A stretch of 64,000 nt of DNA from the NCBI GenBank assembly GCA_965223505.1, contig CBDCWP010000034.1, positions 128,001 to 192,000 of the forward strand, read 5' to 3'. The notes under the pieces were generated by a model. It saw only the letters and a program-made list of their open reading frames with translations. It had not been told where the DNA came from and made no database searches. This DNA comes from Planctomycetota bacterium (GTDB lineage Bacteria > Planctomycetota > PLA2 > JAEUHO01). Both the position numbers and the translations under genes were made by a program. The stretch's first letter is position 1. Each line of letters opens with the position of its first letter. Of the stretch, positions 37,647 to 49,475 are shown one piece after another.

Positions 37647-37710
37647 GGCGACCCTTGTGGTCGCCCAATCGGCCCGTCCCTGATCGAGCGGCCACGAGGG
37701 CCGCCCCGAC
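37647..37710. repeat. Remainder of the interrupted REP plus its inverted partner (REPIN-like doublet)
   Basis: GGCGACCCTTGTGGTCGCCC at 37647-37666 and GAGCGGCCACGAGGGCCGCCCCGAC at 37686-37710. Confidence 0.8.
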
Positions 37711-37723
37711 ATCGACCGCCGAT

Positions 37724-38407
37724 TCACGACCGCGGCCGCAGGACCTGTTGCCGGCGCTTGAACCAGAACGGAACGTACAGCAGTGCGTAGAGCACGACCG
37801 ATAGCGCCTCGGCAACGAGGATGTAGTACGGCCACGGTCCGAAGTAGTCGAGCGGCGTCGCCGAATCAGGCTTCTCGCGCAAGAACATGTAGTTCGTGTC
37901 CGCCATCCAATTGACGCCCGCCATCACCAACGCCACGACGTTGACCGCCACGAGCGCACGCCAGACCGCCCCCGGCCGCGGTGGCAGCCCGAAACGGAAC
38001 GCGACGCCCACCGCGGCCACCGTCAAGGCGCCGTGCTTCACGAAGTAGGCGATCACGACCAGCAGATCGCGATGGTCCGGCAGGTCGGGCGTGACGATCG
38101 CGAGAAACGCGCCCGACGCGCCCCACAGGTAGGTGAGCTCGGCCATGAGCCGGTTGCGCGTCAGCAACGCGGCGATCGCAACGCCGACGCTGATGTCGCA
38201 CAGCGCCAACGGCGCCGCAGGACGCCAATCGCCGCCGTTCAGCAGGAACTCGCCGACCGACTCGACCGCGACGCCGAAGACGAGCAACAGTGTGATCACC
38301 CAACGCAGCGGCGTCTCCGGCAGGAACGACGCCCGGACCAAGAACACCGACGCCGCGGCGACGATCGCGACGATGACGCCGATCTCCGACGCGCCGACAT
38401 CGGGCAT
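37724..38407 (-). CDS. YwaF/TMEM164-like integral membrane protein
   Basis: PLALCD, TYLWG..GA..A..TPD, YFVKH and TNYMFLREKP...LDYFGPWPYYI motifs. The longer ORF-track extension is a shadow of fusA. Start uncertain. Confidence 0.85.
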   Translation of the reverse strand: MPDVGASEIGVIVAIVAAASVFLVRASFLPETPLRWVITLLLVFGVAVESVGEFLLNGGDWRPAAPLALCDISVGVAIAALLTRNRLMAELTYLWGASGAFLAIVTPDLPDHRDLLVVIAYFVKHGALTVAAVGVAFRFGLPPRPGAVWRALVAVNVVALVMAGVNWMADTNYMFLREKPDSATPLDYFGPWPYYILVAEALSVVLYALLYVPFWFKRRQQVLRPRS

Positions 38408-38575
38408 CGGCCTCAAGCCCCGTCGATCGCTGCGAGTCCACGGCTGTCTTGCATGGCGTCTCCCGAGGACGCCTAGCATACGATCCGCGCTGACGCTCAG
38501 ATCCGGGATTGGGGCGCCGGAAATCCGCCGTATCCTCGTCGCGCCGCCATGCCGGCGGGTCGGACGGACTGCCCC

Positions 38576-40645
<2,070 letters not shown>

Positions 40646-40883
40646 CGGCCGGTCCTCCCGGCAAGCGGGGCTCCATGGAGACGAGTCCAGACTTCCGCCT
40701 CGCCTGTCCCGTCTCCCGGGGACGCCTTTCGCATCTCCGTAAGTATTCCGTTCGCACCCCTTGGCCACGCCGCCGAGGCCCCTCGGACCCGCACTTTCCG
40801 GGCTCTCGCCGCCAATTCCCTCCGCGCCTTTTGTCGTGTCCCTGTCCCGGGCTCACTAACATCCGGGCTTCTGCGTTCATTTC

Positions 40884-40974
40884 TCGTCGCGTGTCGTCCG
40901 GAGGGGCGACAGACCTTCGGGATGAGTCGGGAGGGTGCAAGCCCTCGGGCGACGAATGCGGATCCCCGTTTTTT
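40884..40974 (+). promoter_or_regulatory. Structured leader RNA upstream of rpsJ
   Basis: A closing stem encloses three hairpins (loops GGAG, UUCG, GCAA) and is followed by a U6 tract; TAACAT lies just upstream (about 40857-40862). Confidence 0.55.
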
Positions 40975-41052
40975 GCACCCAATCCGTGCGGTGTCGCCGC
41001 CTCGGCCGGGATTCCCAGCCGCGGTACGGCCTCACGAGAGGGCCACGACTAC

Positions 41053-41361
<309 letters not shown>

Positions 41362-41363
41362 GC

Positions 41364-42086
41364 ATGGCCAGCATCAAGACACTCAAGGGCAGCAAGGTCT
41401 CCGACGCGAAGATCGACGACGCCCTCTTCGGCGAGAAGCTCCATCCCGTCGTGCTGCGTGAGGCCGTCCTCATGTACCAGGCGAACCAGCGGGTCGGCAC
41501 GCACCAGACGCGCACGCGGCGCTTCGTCAGCGGCACGAGCGCGAAGATGTACAAGCAGAAGCACACCGGCCGCGCGCGTCACGGTGACCGCAAGGCGCCG
41601 CAGTTCCGTGGTGGCGGCGTCGCCCACGGCCCGCACCCGCGCGACTACTCGTACAAGATGCCGCGCAAGGCGCTGAAGCAGGCGCTCAGAGTCGCGCTCG
41701 CGGGGAAGCTGCGCGACGGCGAGATCTACCGTTGGGAAGGCGGCAGCCTCGACAACCCGTCCACCAAGGCCGTCGTCGGCGTCCTGGAGAAGCTCGGCGC
41801 TTCGCAAAGTGCCCTGTTCCTCTTTGCCGGCGAGACCGACCGCAACCTCGTGCTCTCCGTGCGCAACCTGCGCCGCGTGCGGGCGCTGTCCGCCGACGAG
41901 GTCAACGCGTACGACCTCGTCGCCCACGACGATCTCGTCCTGCTCGACGGCGCGCTCGAGGCGCTCTTGGCCCGGGTGAGCGCCGAGGAGGCCGCGCCGG
42001 CCGCCGGCGGCGAAGGGGAAGGCGAGAGCCTCACCGAGGCGTTCGGCGACGCGTTCGACGCCGCGTTCCAGAAGGGTGATGAGTAA
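41364..42086 (+). CDS. rplD: 50S ribosomal protein L4
   Basis: KQKHTGRARHG and FRGGGVAHGP motifs. Confidence 0.97.
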   Translation: MASIKTLKGSKVSDAKIDDALFGEKLHPVVLREAVLMYQANQRVGTHQTRTRRFVSGTSAKMYKQKHTGRARHGDRKAPQFRGGGVAHGPHPRDYSYKMPRKALKQALRVALAGKLRDGEIYRWEGGSLDNPSTKAVVGVLEKLGASQSALFLFAGETDRNLVLSVRNLRRVRALSADEVNAYDLVAHDDLVLLDGALEALLARVSAEEAAPAAGGEGEGESLTEAFGDAFDAAFQKGDE

Positions 42087-42373
42087 TGAAGGCTGATTCC
42101 GCCAACGCCGCCATCGTGCGGCCGCTGATCACCGAGAAGACGCTGCGCCTCGCGGAGCGTTCCAACGCCTACACGTTCCAGGTCCATCCGAAGGCCAACA
42201 AGGTCCAGATTCGCGAAGCGATCAGCGACATGTTCGACGTGCACGTGTTGTCGGTCCGCACGCAGAACTACATGGGTAAGTTCCGCCGTGTCGGCCGTTA
42301 CACGGGTGCCACGAACAGCTGGAAGAAGGCTGTCGTGCGACTCCGCGACGGAGACACGATCGAGTTCTATTGA
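42086..42373 (+). CDS. rplW: 50S ribosomal protein L23
   Basis: PLITEK, ANKVQI and WKKAVV motifs. Confidence 0.97.
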   Translation: MKADSANAAIVRPLITEKTLRLAERSNAYTFQVHPKANKVQIREAISDMFDVHVLSVRTQNYMGKFRRVGRYTGATNSWKKAVVRLRDGDTIEFY

Positions 42374-42382
42374 TCAGTTTTC

Positions 42383-42417
42383 CAGGCGTCTCGACCTCAG
42401 GTCGGGGCGCCTGTTTT
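42383..42417 (+). other. 14-bp hairpin + U tract between rplW and rplB
   Basis: CAGGCGTCTCGACC-TCA-GGTCGGGGCGCCTG-TTTT. Confidence 0.6.
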
Positions 42418-42434
42418 CGTTAGGAAGCAACAAG

Positions 42435-43283
42435 ATGCCGATTCGTCGCGTCAAGCCCACGACCAACGGTCAGCGAGGTCTCTCGTATCTCGATACGAGC
42501 GACCTGACCAAGAAGCGTCCCGAGAAGCGCCTGACCAAGGGTCTGCGCAAGTCGGGCGGCCGCAACAACCTCGGCCGCATGACCGTTCGCCGTCGCGGCG
42601 GCGGGCACAAACGCCTCTACCGCCAGATCGACTGGAAGCGCAACGACAAGGACGGGATCCCCGCCAAGGTCGCCGCGCTCGAGTACGACCCGAACCGCAA
42701 CGCGCGCCTGCACCTCCTGCAGTACGCCGACGGCGAGAAGCGGTACGTCCTGGCGGTCAACAACGTCAAGGTCGGCGCGACGGTCCACAACGGCTCCAAC
42801 GCCGAGTACAAGGCCGGCAACAACATGGAGCTCAAGGACATCCCGGTCGGCCTGATCGTTCACGCCGTCGAGATGGTCCCCGGCAAGGGCGCGCAGCTCG
42901 CGCGCGGCGCCGGCACGCAGTGCACGCTCAGCGCCAAGGAGGGCAAGTACGCCTTGCTCACCCTGCCGTCGGGCGAGATGCGCAAGGTTCACATCCGCTG
43001 TCGGGCCACCATCGGCCAGGTCGGCAACGTCGACGTCAGCCTCGTCAAGATCGGCAAAGCCGGCCGCAACCGTCACAAGGGCAAACGCCCGAAGGTGCGG
43101 GGCTCGGCCATGAACCCCGTCGCGCACCCGATGGGCGGCGGCGAGGGGCGTCGCTCGGGCGGGCGCCATCCGAAGTCGAAGTGGGGGCAGCTGTCCAAGG
43201 GCGGCAACACCCGCAACCCGCGCAAGGGTTCGTCTCGTTTCATCGTTCGCGGCCGCAAGCGCGGCAAGCAGGTTGGGAAGTAA
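42435..43283 (+). CDS. rplB: 50S ribosomal protein L2
   Basis: EYDPNR and [17 protein letters not shown] motifs. Confidence 0.98.
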   Translation: MPIRRVKPTTNGQRGLSYLDTSDLTKKRPEKRLTKGLRKSGGRNNLGRMTVRRRGGGHKRLYRQIDWKRNDKDGIPAKVAALEYDPNRNARLHLLQYADGEKRYVLAVNNVKVGATVHNGSNAEYKAGNNMELKDIPVGLIVHAVEMVPGKGAQLARGAGTQCTLSAKEGKYALLTLPSGEMRKVHIRCRATIGQVGNVDVSLVKIGKAGRNRHKGKRPKVRGSAMNPVAHPMGGGEGRRSGGRHPKSKWGQLSKGGNTRNPRKGSSRFIVRGRKRGKQVGK

Positions 43284-43285
43284 TC

Positions 43286-43546
43286 ATGGGACGCAGTCTC
43301 AAAAAGGGGCCGTACGTCGACGAGCGCTTGTTCGAGCGCGTCATGGCGATGGGCGCCCGCAAGGATCCGCTGAAGACCTGGGCGCGCCGATGCGACATCG
43401 TGCCGGAGTTCGTGGGACACACGTTCCTCGTCCACAACGGCAAGCAGTTCATCCGCGTGTACGTCACGGAAGACATGGTCGGGCACAAGCTCGGTGAGTT
43501 CGCGCCGACCCGTCTCTTCCGCGGTCACGCCGGTCGGGGTAGGTAG
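43286..43546 (+). CDS. rpsS: 30S ribosomal protein S19
   Basis: MGRSLKKGP and [13 protein letters not shown] motifs. Confidence 0.98.
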   Translation: MGRSLKKGPYVDERLFERVMAMGARKDPLKTWARRCDIVPEFVGHTFLVHNGKQFIRVYVTEDMVGHKLGEFAPTRLFRGHAGRGR

Positions 43547-43548
43547 AC

Positions 43549-43929
43549 ATGGCGAAGTCGAAGACAGCTCCCGAGCAGAAGCGATTCGTCGCATCGCACA
43601 AGATGGCGCGCATCAGCCCGTTCAAGGCGCGCGGCGTCATCGACATGGTGCGCGGCAAGCCGGTCGACGAGGCGCTGCACATCCTCGAGTTCGAGCACAA
43701 GCGCGCCGCGCCGATGATCCGCAAGGTCATCCGCTCCGCGCTCGCCAACGCCTCGAACGACCTCAACGTGAACCTGAAGAACCTCGTCGTCGTCGACGCG
43801 CGCGTCGACGGCGCCGGGCTCCTGAACGGCCGCCGCCGCTGGCAGCCGCGCGCGATGGGCCGTGCGTTTCCGATCCTGAAGCGCATGAGCCACATCTCGA
43901 TCGCGCTGGCCGAAGCGAGCGAGGAGTAG
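43549..43929 (+). CDS. rplV: 50S ribosomal protein L22
   Basis: RISPFKAR and PRAMGRA..ILKRMSHI motifs. Confidence 0.97.
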   Translation: MAKSKTAPEQKRFVASHKMARISPFKARGVIDMVRGKPVDEALHILEFEHKRAAPMIRKVIRSALANASNDLNVNLKNLVVVDARVDGAGLLNGRRRWQPRAMGRAFPILKRMSHISIALAEASEE

Positions 43930-43931
43930 CA

Positions 43932-44591
43932 ATGGGTCAAAAGACACATCCCGTCGGATTCCGCACCGGGATCTATCTCGATTGGAACTCGCGTTGGTAC
44001 GCCAACAAGAAGGACTTCGCGCGCCTTCTGCGCGAGGACCGCGAGATTCGCACCTTCATCAAGAAGGAGTTCTACGGCGCGGGCATCCCGAAGATCGAGA
44101 TCGAGCGCAAGGCCGACGCGCTGCGCGTGATCGTCCACACCGCCAAGCCCGGCGTCCTCATCGGCCGCAAGGGCGTCAAGGCGGAGGAGCTCAAGAAGCG
44201 CATCGAGAAGCTGACCGGCCGCCGTGCGGGCCTCGACATCGTCGAGATCCCGCGCCCCGAGCTGAACGCGCCGCTGGTCGCGCAGCAGGTCGCCGAGCAG
44301 CTGATGAAGCGCGCCGCGTACCGTCGCACGCTCAAGCGCGCCATCGGCCACACGATGGATCGTGGCGCCAAGGGCGTGAAGATCCTGATCGGCGGCCGAC
44401 TGGGCGGCATGGAGATCGCCCGCACCGAGAAGCAGAGCCAGGGTTCGATCCCGCTGTCCACGCTCAAGGCCGACATCAGCTACGGCCAGGCGACCGCGCG
44501 CACCACGTACGGCACGATCGGCGTGAAGGTCTGGATCTACCTCGGCACGCTCGCGAAGGCCGAGCCCAAGCGTCGTGAGGAGGTCCTCTGA
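43932..44591 (+). CDS. rpsC: 30S ribosomal protein S3
   Basis: MGQKTHPVGFR, GRLGGMEIARTE and TTYGTIGVKVW motifs. Confidence 0.98.
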   Translation: MGQKTHPVGFRTGIYLDWNSRWYANKKDFARLLREDREIRTFIKKEFYGAGIPKIEIERKADALRVIVHTAKPGVLIGRKGVKAEELKKRIEKLTGRRAGLDIVEIPRPELNAPLVAQQVAEQLMKRAAYRRTLKRAIGHTMDRGAKGVKILIGGRLGGMEIARTEKQSQGSIPLSTLKADISYGQATARTTYGTIGVKVWIYLGTLAKAEPKRREEVL

Positions 44592-45010
44592 TGTTGATGC
44601 CCAAGCGGGTCAAGTACCGGAAGCCCCAGCGCGGCCGGATCAAGGTGAACAGCGTCGCGCAGCGCGGCAACACCGTCGCGTTCGGCGACTACGGCATCCA
44701 GGCGCTGCAGGCCGGCTGGATTCCCGCGAACGTGATCGAGGCCGGTCGTGTCGCGGCCGTGCGCGGATCGCCCGACGGGCGCATCTACATCCGCATCTTC
44801 CCGCACAAGGCGATCACGTCGACGCCGGAAGAGACGCGGATGGGCACCGGCAAGGGCGAGCCGGACTACTGGGCGGCCGTCGTGCGGCCCGGAACGATTC
44901 TGTACGAAGTCGGCGGCGGAGTCTCCGAAGACGAGGCCCGTCGGACCATGAACAAGGTCGCGCACAAGATGCCCATCAAGTGCCGGTTCGTGAAGCGGAG
45001 GAAGGCATGA
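44591..45010 (+). CDS. rplP: 50S ribosomal protein L16
   Basis: MLMPKRVKYRK and ETRMGTGKG motifs. Confidence 0.98.
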   Translation: MLMPKRVKYRKPQRGRIKVNSVAQRGNTVAFGDYGIQALQAGWIPANVIEAGRVAAVRGSPDGRIYIRIFPHKAITSTPEETRMGTGKGEPDYWAAVVRPGTILYEVGGGVSEDEARRTMNKVAHKMPIKCRFVKRRKA

Positions 45011-45225
45011 GGCCCCGCGACATTCGACGCCGCGAGACGCCCGATCTCGAGCAGGAGATCGTCCGTCTGCGCGACGAGATCTTTCAGCACCGATTCCACG
45101 GTCAGAGCGAGGAGAAGGTCGACCGCGGCCTCATTCGCCGGCACCGTCGCGACATCGCGCGCATCAAGACCATTCTCAAGGAACGTGAAGGCGGCCAGGC
45201 CGTCCTCGCGAAGGAAGCTGAGTAG
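45007..45225 (+). CDS. rpmC: 50S ribosomal protein L29
   Basis: MRPRDIR...[14 protein letters not shown]; usual position. Confidence 0.95.
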   Translation: MRPRDIRRRETPDLEQEIVRLRDEIFQHRFHGQSEEKVDRGLIRRHRRDIARIKTILKEREGGQAVLAKEAE

Positions 45226-45227
45226 CC

Positions 45228-45611
45228 ATGTCCGGTGAACAAAACACCCGTGCACGGGGCCAGCGCAAGACGGTCGAGGGGTACGTCGTGTCCGACAAGA
45301 TGGACAAGACGATCACCGTTCGTTCCGAGCGGCTCGTGAAGCACCCGCTGTACGGCAAGTACATCCGTCGCGCGACCATCGCCAAGGCGCACGACGAGAA
45401 CAACGAGGCGCAGCAAGGCGATCTCGTCGAGATCGCGTTCACGCGTCCGCTGAGCAAGACCAAGAACTGGCGCCTCGTGAAGATCGTCCGGCGTTCGACG
45501 CTGGCCGGTCCGGTGCCGGTCGAGGACGAGGTCGCGGAGGTCGTCGAGGCCGCGGCGCCCGAGTCCCCCGCGCCGGACGCTGAAGCGGAAGGGGAGGAGA
45601 GCTCCTCATGA
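45228..45611 (+). CDS. rpsQ: 30S ribosomal protein S17
   Basis: [16 protein letters not shown] and TRPLSKTK motifs; acidic tail. Confidence 0.97.
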   Translation: MSGEQNTRARGQRKTVEGYVVSDKMDKTITVRSERLVKHPLYGKYIRRATIAKAHDENNEAQQGDLVEIAFTRPLSKTKNWRLVKIVRRSTLAGPVPVEDEVAEVVEAAAPESPAPDAEAEGEESSS

Positions 45612-45976
45612 TCCAGCTTCGCACCTGGCTCGACGTCGCGGACAACTCCGGGGCGAAGCGCTGTCACACCATCAAGGTGGTGGGCCGCGGGAACAAGGAC
45701 ACCGCGGAGATCGGCGACATCGTCGTCTGCTCCGTGCGCAAGGCCATTCCGTCGTCTCCGATCAAGACCGGCACCGTGGTGCGCGGCGTCGTCGTACGTA
45801 CGCGCAACGCGCACAGGCGGTCGGACGGCTCGTATGTGCGCTTCGACTCGAACGCGATCGTCCTCATCAACGAGGACAAGAGCCCCAAGGGGACGCGCGT
45901 GTTCGGAGCCGTAGCGCGTGAACTTCGCCGCAAGGGCTTCACGAAGATCGTGAACCTCGCGCAGGAGGTCGTGTGA
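45608..45976 (+). CDS. rplN: 50S ribosomal protein L14
   Basis: VADNSGAK and [13 protein letters not shown] motifs. Confidence 0.98.
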   Translation: MIQLRTWLDVADNSGAKRCHTIKVVGRGNKDTAEIGDIVVCSVRKAIPSSPIKTGTVVRGVVVRTRNAHRRSDGSYVRFDSNAIVLINEDKSPKGTRVFGAVARELRRKGFTKIVNLAQEVV

Positions 45977-46326
45977 TGCCGAAACGCGTACGCAAGGGCG
46001 ACATGGTCGCCGTCATCTCCGGCGACGACAAAGGCAAGCGGGGCCGCGTTCTCAAGGTGGTCACCGACAAGAACCGGGTCGTCGTCGAGGGCGTCAACCT
46101 CGTCTACAAGCACCTGCGCAAGAGCCAGCAGCACCCGCAGGGCGGTCGCATCCGTCGCGAAGCCGCCGTGCACATCAGCAACGTCATGCCTCTGGACCCG
46201 GAAGAGAACAAGCCTACGCGCGTGAGCTACCGCGATGTGGACGGCAAGCGCGCGCGCGTCGCGCGCCGAACCGGCAACGCGATCGACGGTGCCGCGCCGG
46301 CCAAGGGCAAGAAGGGAAAGGATTAG
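45976..46326 (+). CDS. rplX: 50S ribosomal protein L24
   Basis: KGDMVAVISGDDKGK and EAAVHISNV motifs. Confidence 0.97.
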   Translation: MPKRVRKGDMVAVISGDDKGKRGRVLKVVTDKNRVVVEGVNLVYKHLRKSQQHPQGGRIRREAAVHISNVMPLDPEENKPTRVSYRDVDGKRARVARRTGNAIDGAAPAKGKKGKD

Positions 46327-46329
46327 CGG

Positions 46330-46884
46330 ATGGCTCGTCTTCGTGACCAGTATCTGTCCACGATCCGGGACGATCTGAAGACCAAGCTCGGCATCGACAA
46401 CCCGCATGCGCTCCCGCGTCTGAAGAAGATCACGGTGTCGTGCGGCGTCGGTGACGCCAAGGACAACAAGAAGCTGCTGACGAACGCAGTGGCGATCCTC
46501 GAGAAGATCACCGGCCAGAAGGCCGTCATCACCCGCGCCCGCAAGTCGGTCGCGCAGTTCCGCTTGCGTCAGGGCATGGCCGTCGGCTGCCGCGTGACGC
46601 TGCGCGGCGCTCGGATGTACGAGTTCCTGGATCGTCTCGTCAACGTCGTCATTCCGCGTATCCGCGACTTCCGCGGCTTGAAGCGCAGTCTCGACGGGCG
46701 CGGCAACTTCAACATGGGCCTGAACGAACAGTCGGTCTTTCCCGAGATCGACACCGACCTGCTCGAGTTCACACAGGGAATGAACATCGCCATCACGATC
46801 GCGGGTGGCTCGGATGAACACAGTGCGGCGTTGTTGGAAGCATTCAGCTTCCCCTTCCGCCGAGAGGAGGCGACAGTTGGCTAA
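46330..46884 (+). CDS. rplE: 50S ribosomal protein L5
   Basis: ITGQKA and IPRIRDFRG motifs. Confidence 0.98.
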   Translation: MARLRDQYLSTIRDDLKTKLGIDNPHALPRLKKITVSCGVGDAKDNKKLLTNAVAILEKITGQKAVITRARKSVAQFRLRQGMAVGCRVTLRGARMYEFLDRLVNVVIPRIRDFRGLKRSLDGRGNFNMGLNEQSVFPEIDTDLLEFTQGMNIAITIAGGSDEHSAALLEAFSFPFRREEATVG

Positions 46885-47062
46885 GCGCTGCCTCATCGTC
46901 AAACAGCAAAAGAAACCGAAGTTCAGCACGCGTGCGTACACGCGCTGCCAGTTCTGCGGGCGTCCGCGGGCCGTCTACCGGAAGTTCGGCATCTGCCGCA
47001 TCTGCTTCCGCGAGATGGCGTTGCAAGGCGAGATTCCCGGACTTCGGAAAGCGTCCTGGTAG
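46877..47062 (+). CDS. rpsN: 30S ribosomal protein S14 (zinc-binding type Z)
   Basis: TTG start after [14 protein letters not shown]...CRIC; 61 aa. Confidence 0.96.
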   Translation: MAKRCLIVKQQKKPKFSTRAYTRCQFCGRPRAVYRKFGICRICFREMALQGEIPGLRKASW

Positions 47063-47073
47063 GGGGTGTCGAT

Positions 47074-47475
47074 ATGTCAATGAACGACACGATTGCAGAC
47101 ATGCTCACCCGGATTCGGAACGGGATCCAGGTGCGCCGTGAAGAGGTCGACGTGATCGGTTCGCGGGTCAACCGCGCGATCGCGGACGTGCTCGTACGCG
47201 AGGGTTTCGCCACGGGCGTCAACGACGTGCTCGACCCGCGCGGCTATCCCGCGCTGCGCGTCGGCCTGAAGTACGATCGGGACGGCGGCTCCGTCATCTC
47301 GAAGATCGACCGGGTGTCGAAGCCGGGCCGGCGCGTCTACCGCGGCGTCCGTGATATTCCGCGCGTGTTGAACGGGCTGGGCATCTCGGTGGTGAGCACC
47401 TCCAAGGGCATGATGTCGGACCGCGAGGCTCGCGCAGCGGGCGTCGGGGGCGAGATCCTCTGCGAGCTTTGGTAG
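47074..47475 (+). CDS. rpsH: 30S ribosomal protein S8
   Basis: DTIADMLTRIRN and SKPGRRVY motifs. Confidence 0.98.
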   Translation: MSMNDTIADMLTRIRNGIQVRREEVDVIGSRVNRAIADVLVREGFATGVNDVLDPRGYPALRVGLKYDRDGGSVISKIDRVSKPGRRVYRGVRDIPRVLNGLGISVVSTSKGMMSDREARAAGVGGEILCELW

Positions 47476-47493
47476 CGAGGGGAAGGAACCACG

Positions 47494-48042
47494 ATGTCCA
47501 GAGTCGGTAGAGCCCCCATCAAGATCCTCGACGGCGTCGAAGTGAACGTCGCCGGCGACACCGTCACCGTGAAGGGCCCCAAAGGCGAGCTCAAGCGCGA
47601 GCTCACGGGCGGCATCACGGCCAAGGTCGAGGACGGCAACGTCCACGTCGCGCGGTCGAACAACTCGATCGACAGCCGGTCGCGCCACGGCCTGTTCCGC
47701 GCCCTGATCAACGGCATGGTCGAAGGCGTCGCGAACGGCTTCGAGAGGCGCCTCGAGATCGTCGGCGTCTCCTACGGCGCCTCGGTCGAAGGCAACCGGT
47801 TGAAGCTGCAGGTCGGATTCAGTCATCCGGTGTACGTCGACATTCCCGCGGGTCTCAAGGTCGAGTGCCCGAGCCTCGTCCAGGTCATCGTGACGGGTTG
47901 CGACAAGCAGCTCGTCGGCGAGTTCGCGGCGCGCGTGCGCCGGGTCCGCCCGCCGGAGCCCTACAAGGGCAAGGGCGTGCGCTATCTGGGCGAGCAGATC
48001 ATCCAGAAGGCCGGCAAGTCGTTCGTCGGCGGGGAGAAGTAG
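47494..48042 (+). CDS. rplF: 50S ribosomal protein L6
   Basis: MSRVG and RPPEPYKGKG motifs. Confidence 0.98.
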   Translation: MSRVGRAPIKILDGVEVNVAGDTVTVKGPKGELKRELTGGITAKVEDGNVHVARSNNSIDSRSRHGLFRALINGMVEGVANGFERRLEIVGVSYGASVEGNRLKLQVGFSHPVYVDIPAGLKVECPSLVQVIVTGCDKQLVGEFAARVRRVRPPEPYKGKGVRYLGEQIIQKAGKSFVGGEK

Positions 48043-48044
48043 TC

Positions 48045-48401
48045 GTGGGTCAGATCAAGCGAATGGAAAAGCGCCGGCGCAATCGGGCGTTCCGCGTGCG
48101 CCGCAAGGTGCGCGGAACCGCCGAGCGTCCGCGCATCAGCGTGTACCGCACCAACATGCACATCTACGCGCAGATCATCGACGACGAGGCCGAGCGCACG
48201 CTTTGTCAGACGTCTTCCAAGGCGCTGAAGATGGCGTACGGCGGCAACATCGAGGCGGCCAAGAAGGTCGGCGAAGAGCTGGGCAAGTTGGCCAAGAAGA
48301 ACAAGATCGAACGCGCGGGCTTCGACCGCGGCTCACGCGCCTACCACGGCAGGGTCAAGGCCCTGGCCGAGGCGGTGCGCGAAGCAGGTGTGAAGTTCTA
48401 G
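48045..48401 (+). CDS. rplR: 50S ribosomal protein L18
   Basis: GTAERPRISV and FDRG..AYHGRVKALA motifs; start could be GTG 48045 or ATG 48063. Confidence 0.96.
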   Translation: MGQIKRMEKRRRNRAFRVRRKVRGTAERPRISVYRTNMHIYAQIIDDEAERTLCQTSSKALKMAYGGNIEAAKKVGEELGKLAKKNKIERAGFDRGSRAYHGRVKALAEAVREAGVKF

Positions 48402-48414
48402 GGCGGGAGTAAGC

Positions 48415-48912
48415 ATGCGCCGAGAAATCGACAACGTAGATGCAGAGGGCCTCGACCTGGTTGACCAGGTCGTCAAGATCAACCGGTCGGCCAAGGTCAT
48501 GAAGGGCGGACGCCGTTTCGGCTTCAGCGCCCTCGTGGTGGTCGGTGACGGTCGCGGCGTCGTGGGCCTGGGCTTCGGCAAGGCGCGCGAGGTGCCGCCG
48601 GCGGTCGAGAAGGCCGTGACGGACGCGAAGAAGAATCTCGCCCGCGTGAAGATCAAGGGCACGACGATTCCGCACGCGTTTGTGGCCGAATTCCGCTCGA
48701 GCAAGGTGAAGATGATCCCTGCGGCGCCCGGAACCGGCATCGTTGCGGGCGCGCCCGTTCGTGCGGTCCTGGAAGCTGCCGGTGTCCACGACGTCTTGAC
48801 CAAGGCGCTGGGCAGCAAGAACCCGATGAACCTGGCCAAGGCCACCTTCGAGGGCCTGCTCGCCATGCGGACGCGGCGCGACGTCGCCGCCGGCCGCGGC
48901 GTGGAGCTTTGA
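48415..48912 (+). CDS. rpsE: 30S ribosomal protein S5
   Basis: KVMKGGRRF and PAAPGTGIVAG motifs. Confidence 0.98.
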   Translation: MRREIDNVDAEGLDLVDQVVKINRSAKVMKGGRRFGFSALVVVGDGRGVVGLGFGKAREVPPAVEKAVTDAKKNLARVKIKGTTIPHAFVAEFRSSKVKMIPAAPGTGIVAGAPVRAVLEAAGVHDVLTKALGSKNPMNLAKATFEGLLAMRTRRDVAAGRGVEL

Positions 48913-48913
48913 G

Positions 48914-49475
48914 ATGAACCTCTCCGACGTCAACAAGATCAAGGTCAAGCGCAAGAAGCGCCACCGCGTCGGCCGCGGACAGGGTTCCGGCTGGGGCACG
49001 ACCCTCGGGTCGCGGCCACAAGGGCGCCGGCCAGCGCTCCGGGAACCGGATCCGTCTGCGCTTCGAGGGTGGCCAGATGCCGCTCTATCGCCGGCTGCCG
49101 AAGAAGGGCTTCTCGAACGCCAAGTTCAAGGTGACCTACCACGCGGTCAACGTCGGCGACCTCGAAAAGGTCTTCGAGGCCGGCGACGAGGTGAACCTCG
49201 ACATCGTCAAGGCTCGCGGTCTGGCGCCGAAGAAGGCGAAGTTCTTCAAGGTGCTCGGCTACGGCGACCTGACCAAGGCGCTGAAGATCACCGCGCACGG
49301 CGTGAGCGCCGGGGCGCGGACGAAGATCGAGGACGCGAAGGGCAGCGTCGAGCTGCTGCCGACGCGTACCGAGTACCGCGAGAAGGGCGTGCGCAAGGGC
49401 GGTGTCGCCCCGGCTGCCGCCGAGCCCGCGGCTCCCGAGACGAGTGACGAGAACAGCGAGGCCTCTGACGAATGA
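48914..49475 (+). CDS. rplO: 50S ribosomal protein L15, with an apparent +1 frameshift at 49002-49004
   Basis: RVGRGQGSGWGTT is in one frame and SGRGHKGAGQRSG...FEGGQMPLYRRLPK is in the next; removing one C from ACCCTCG restores a 186-aa L15. Confidence 0.93.

Noticed and set aside
48905..48920. Absence of rpmD (L30), and of rpsD from the alpha operon, as novel findings
   Set aside because: Both are common in PVC-group and other bacteria, so they are used only as taxonomic hints.
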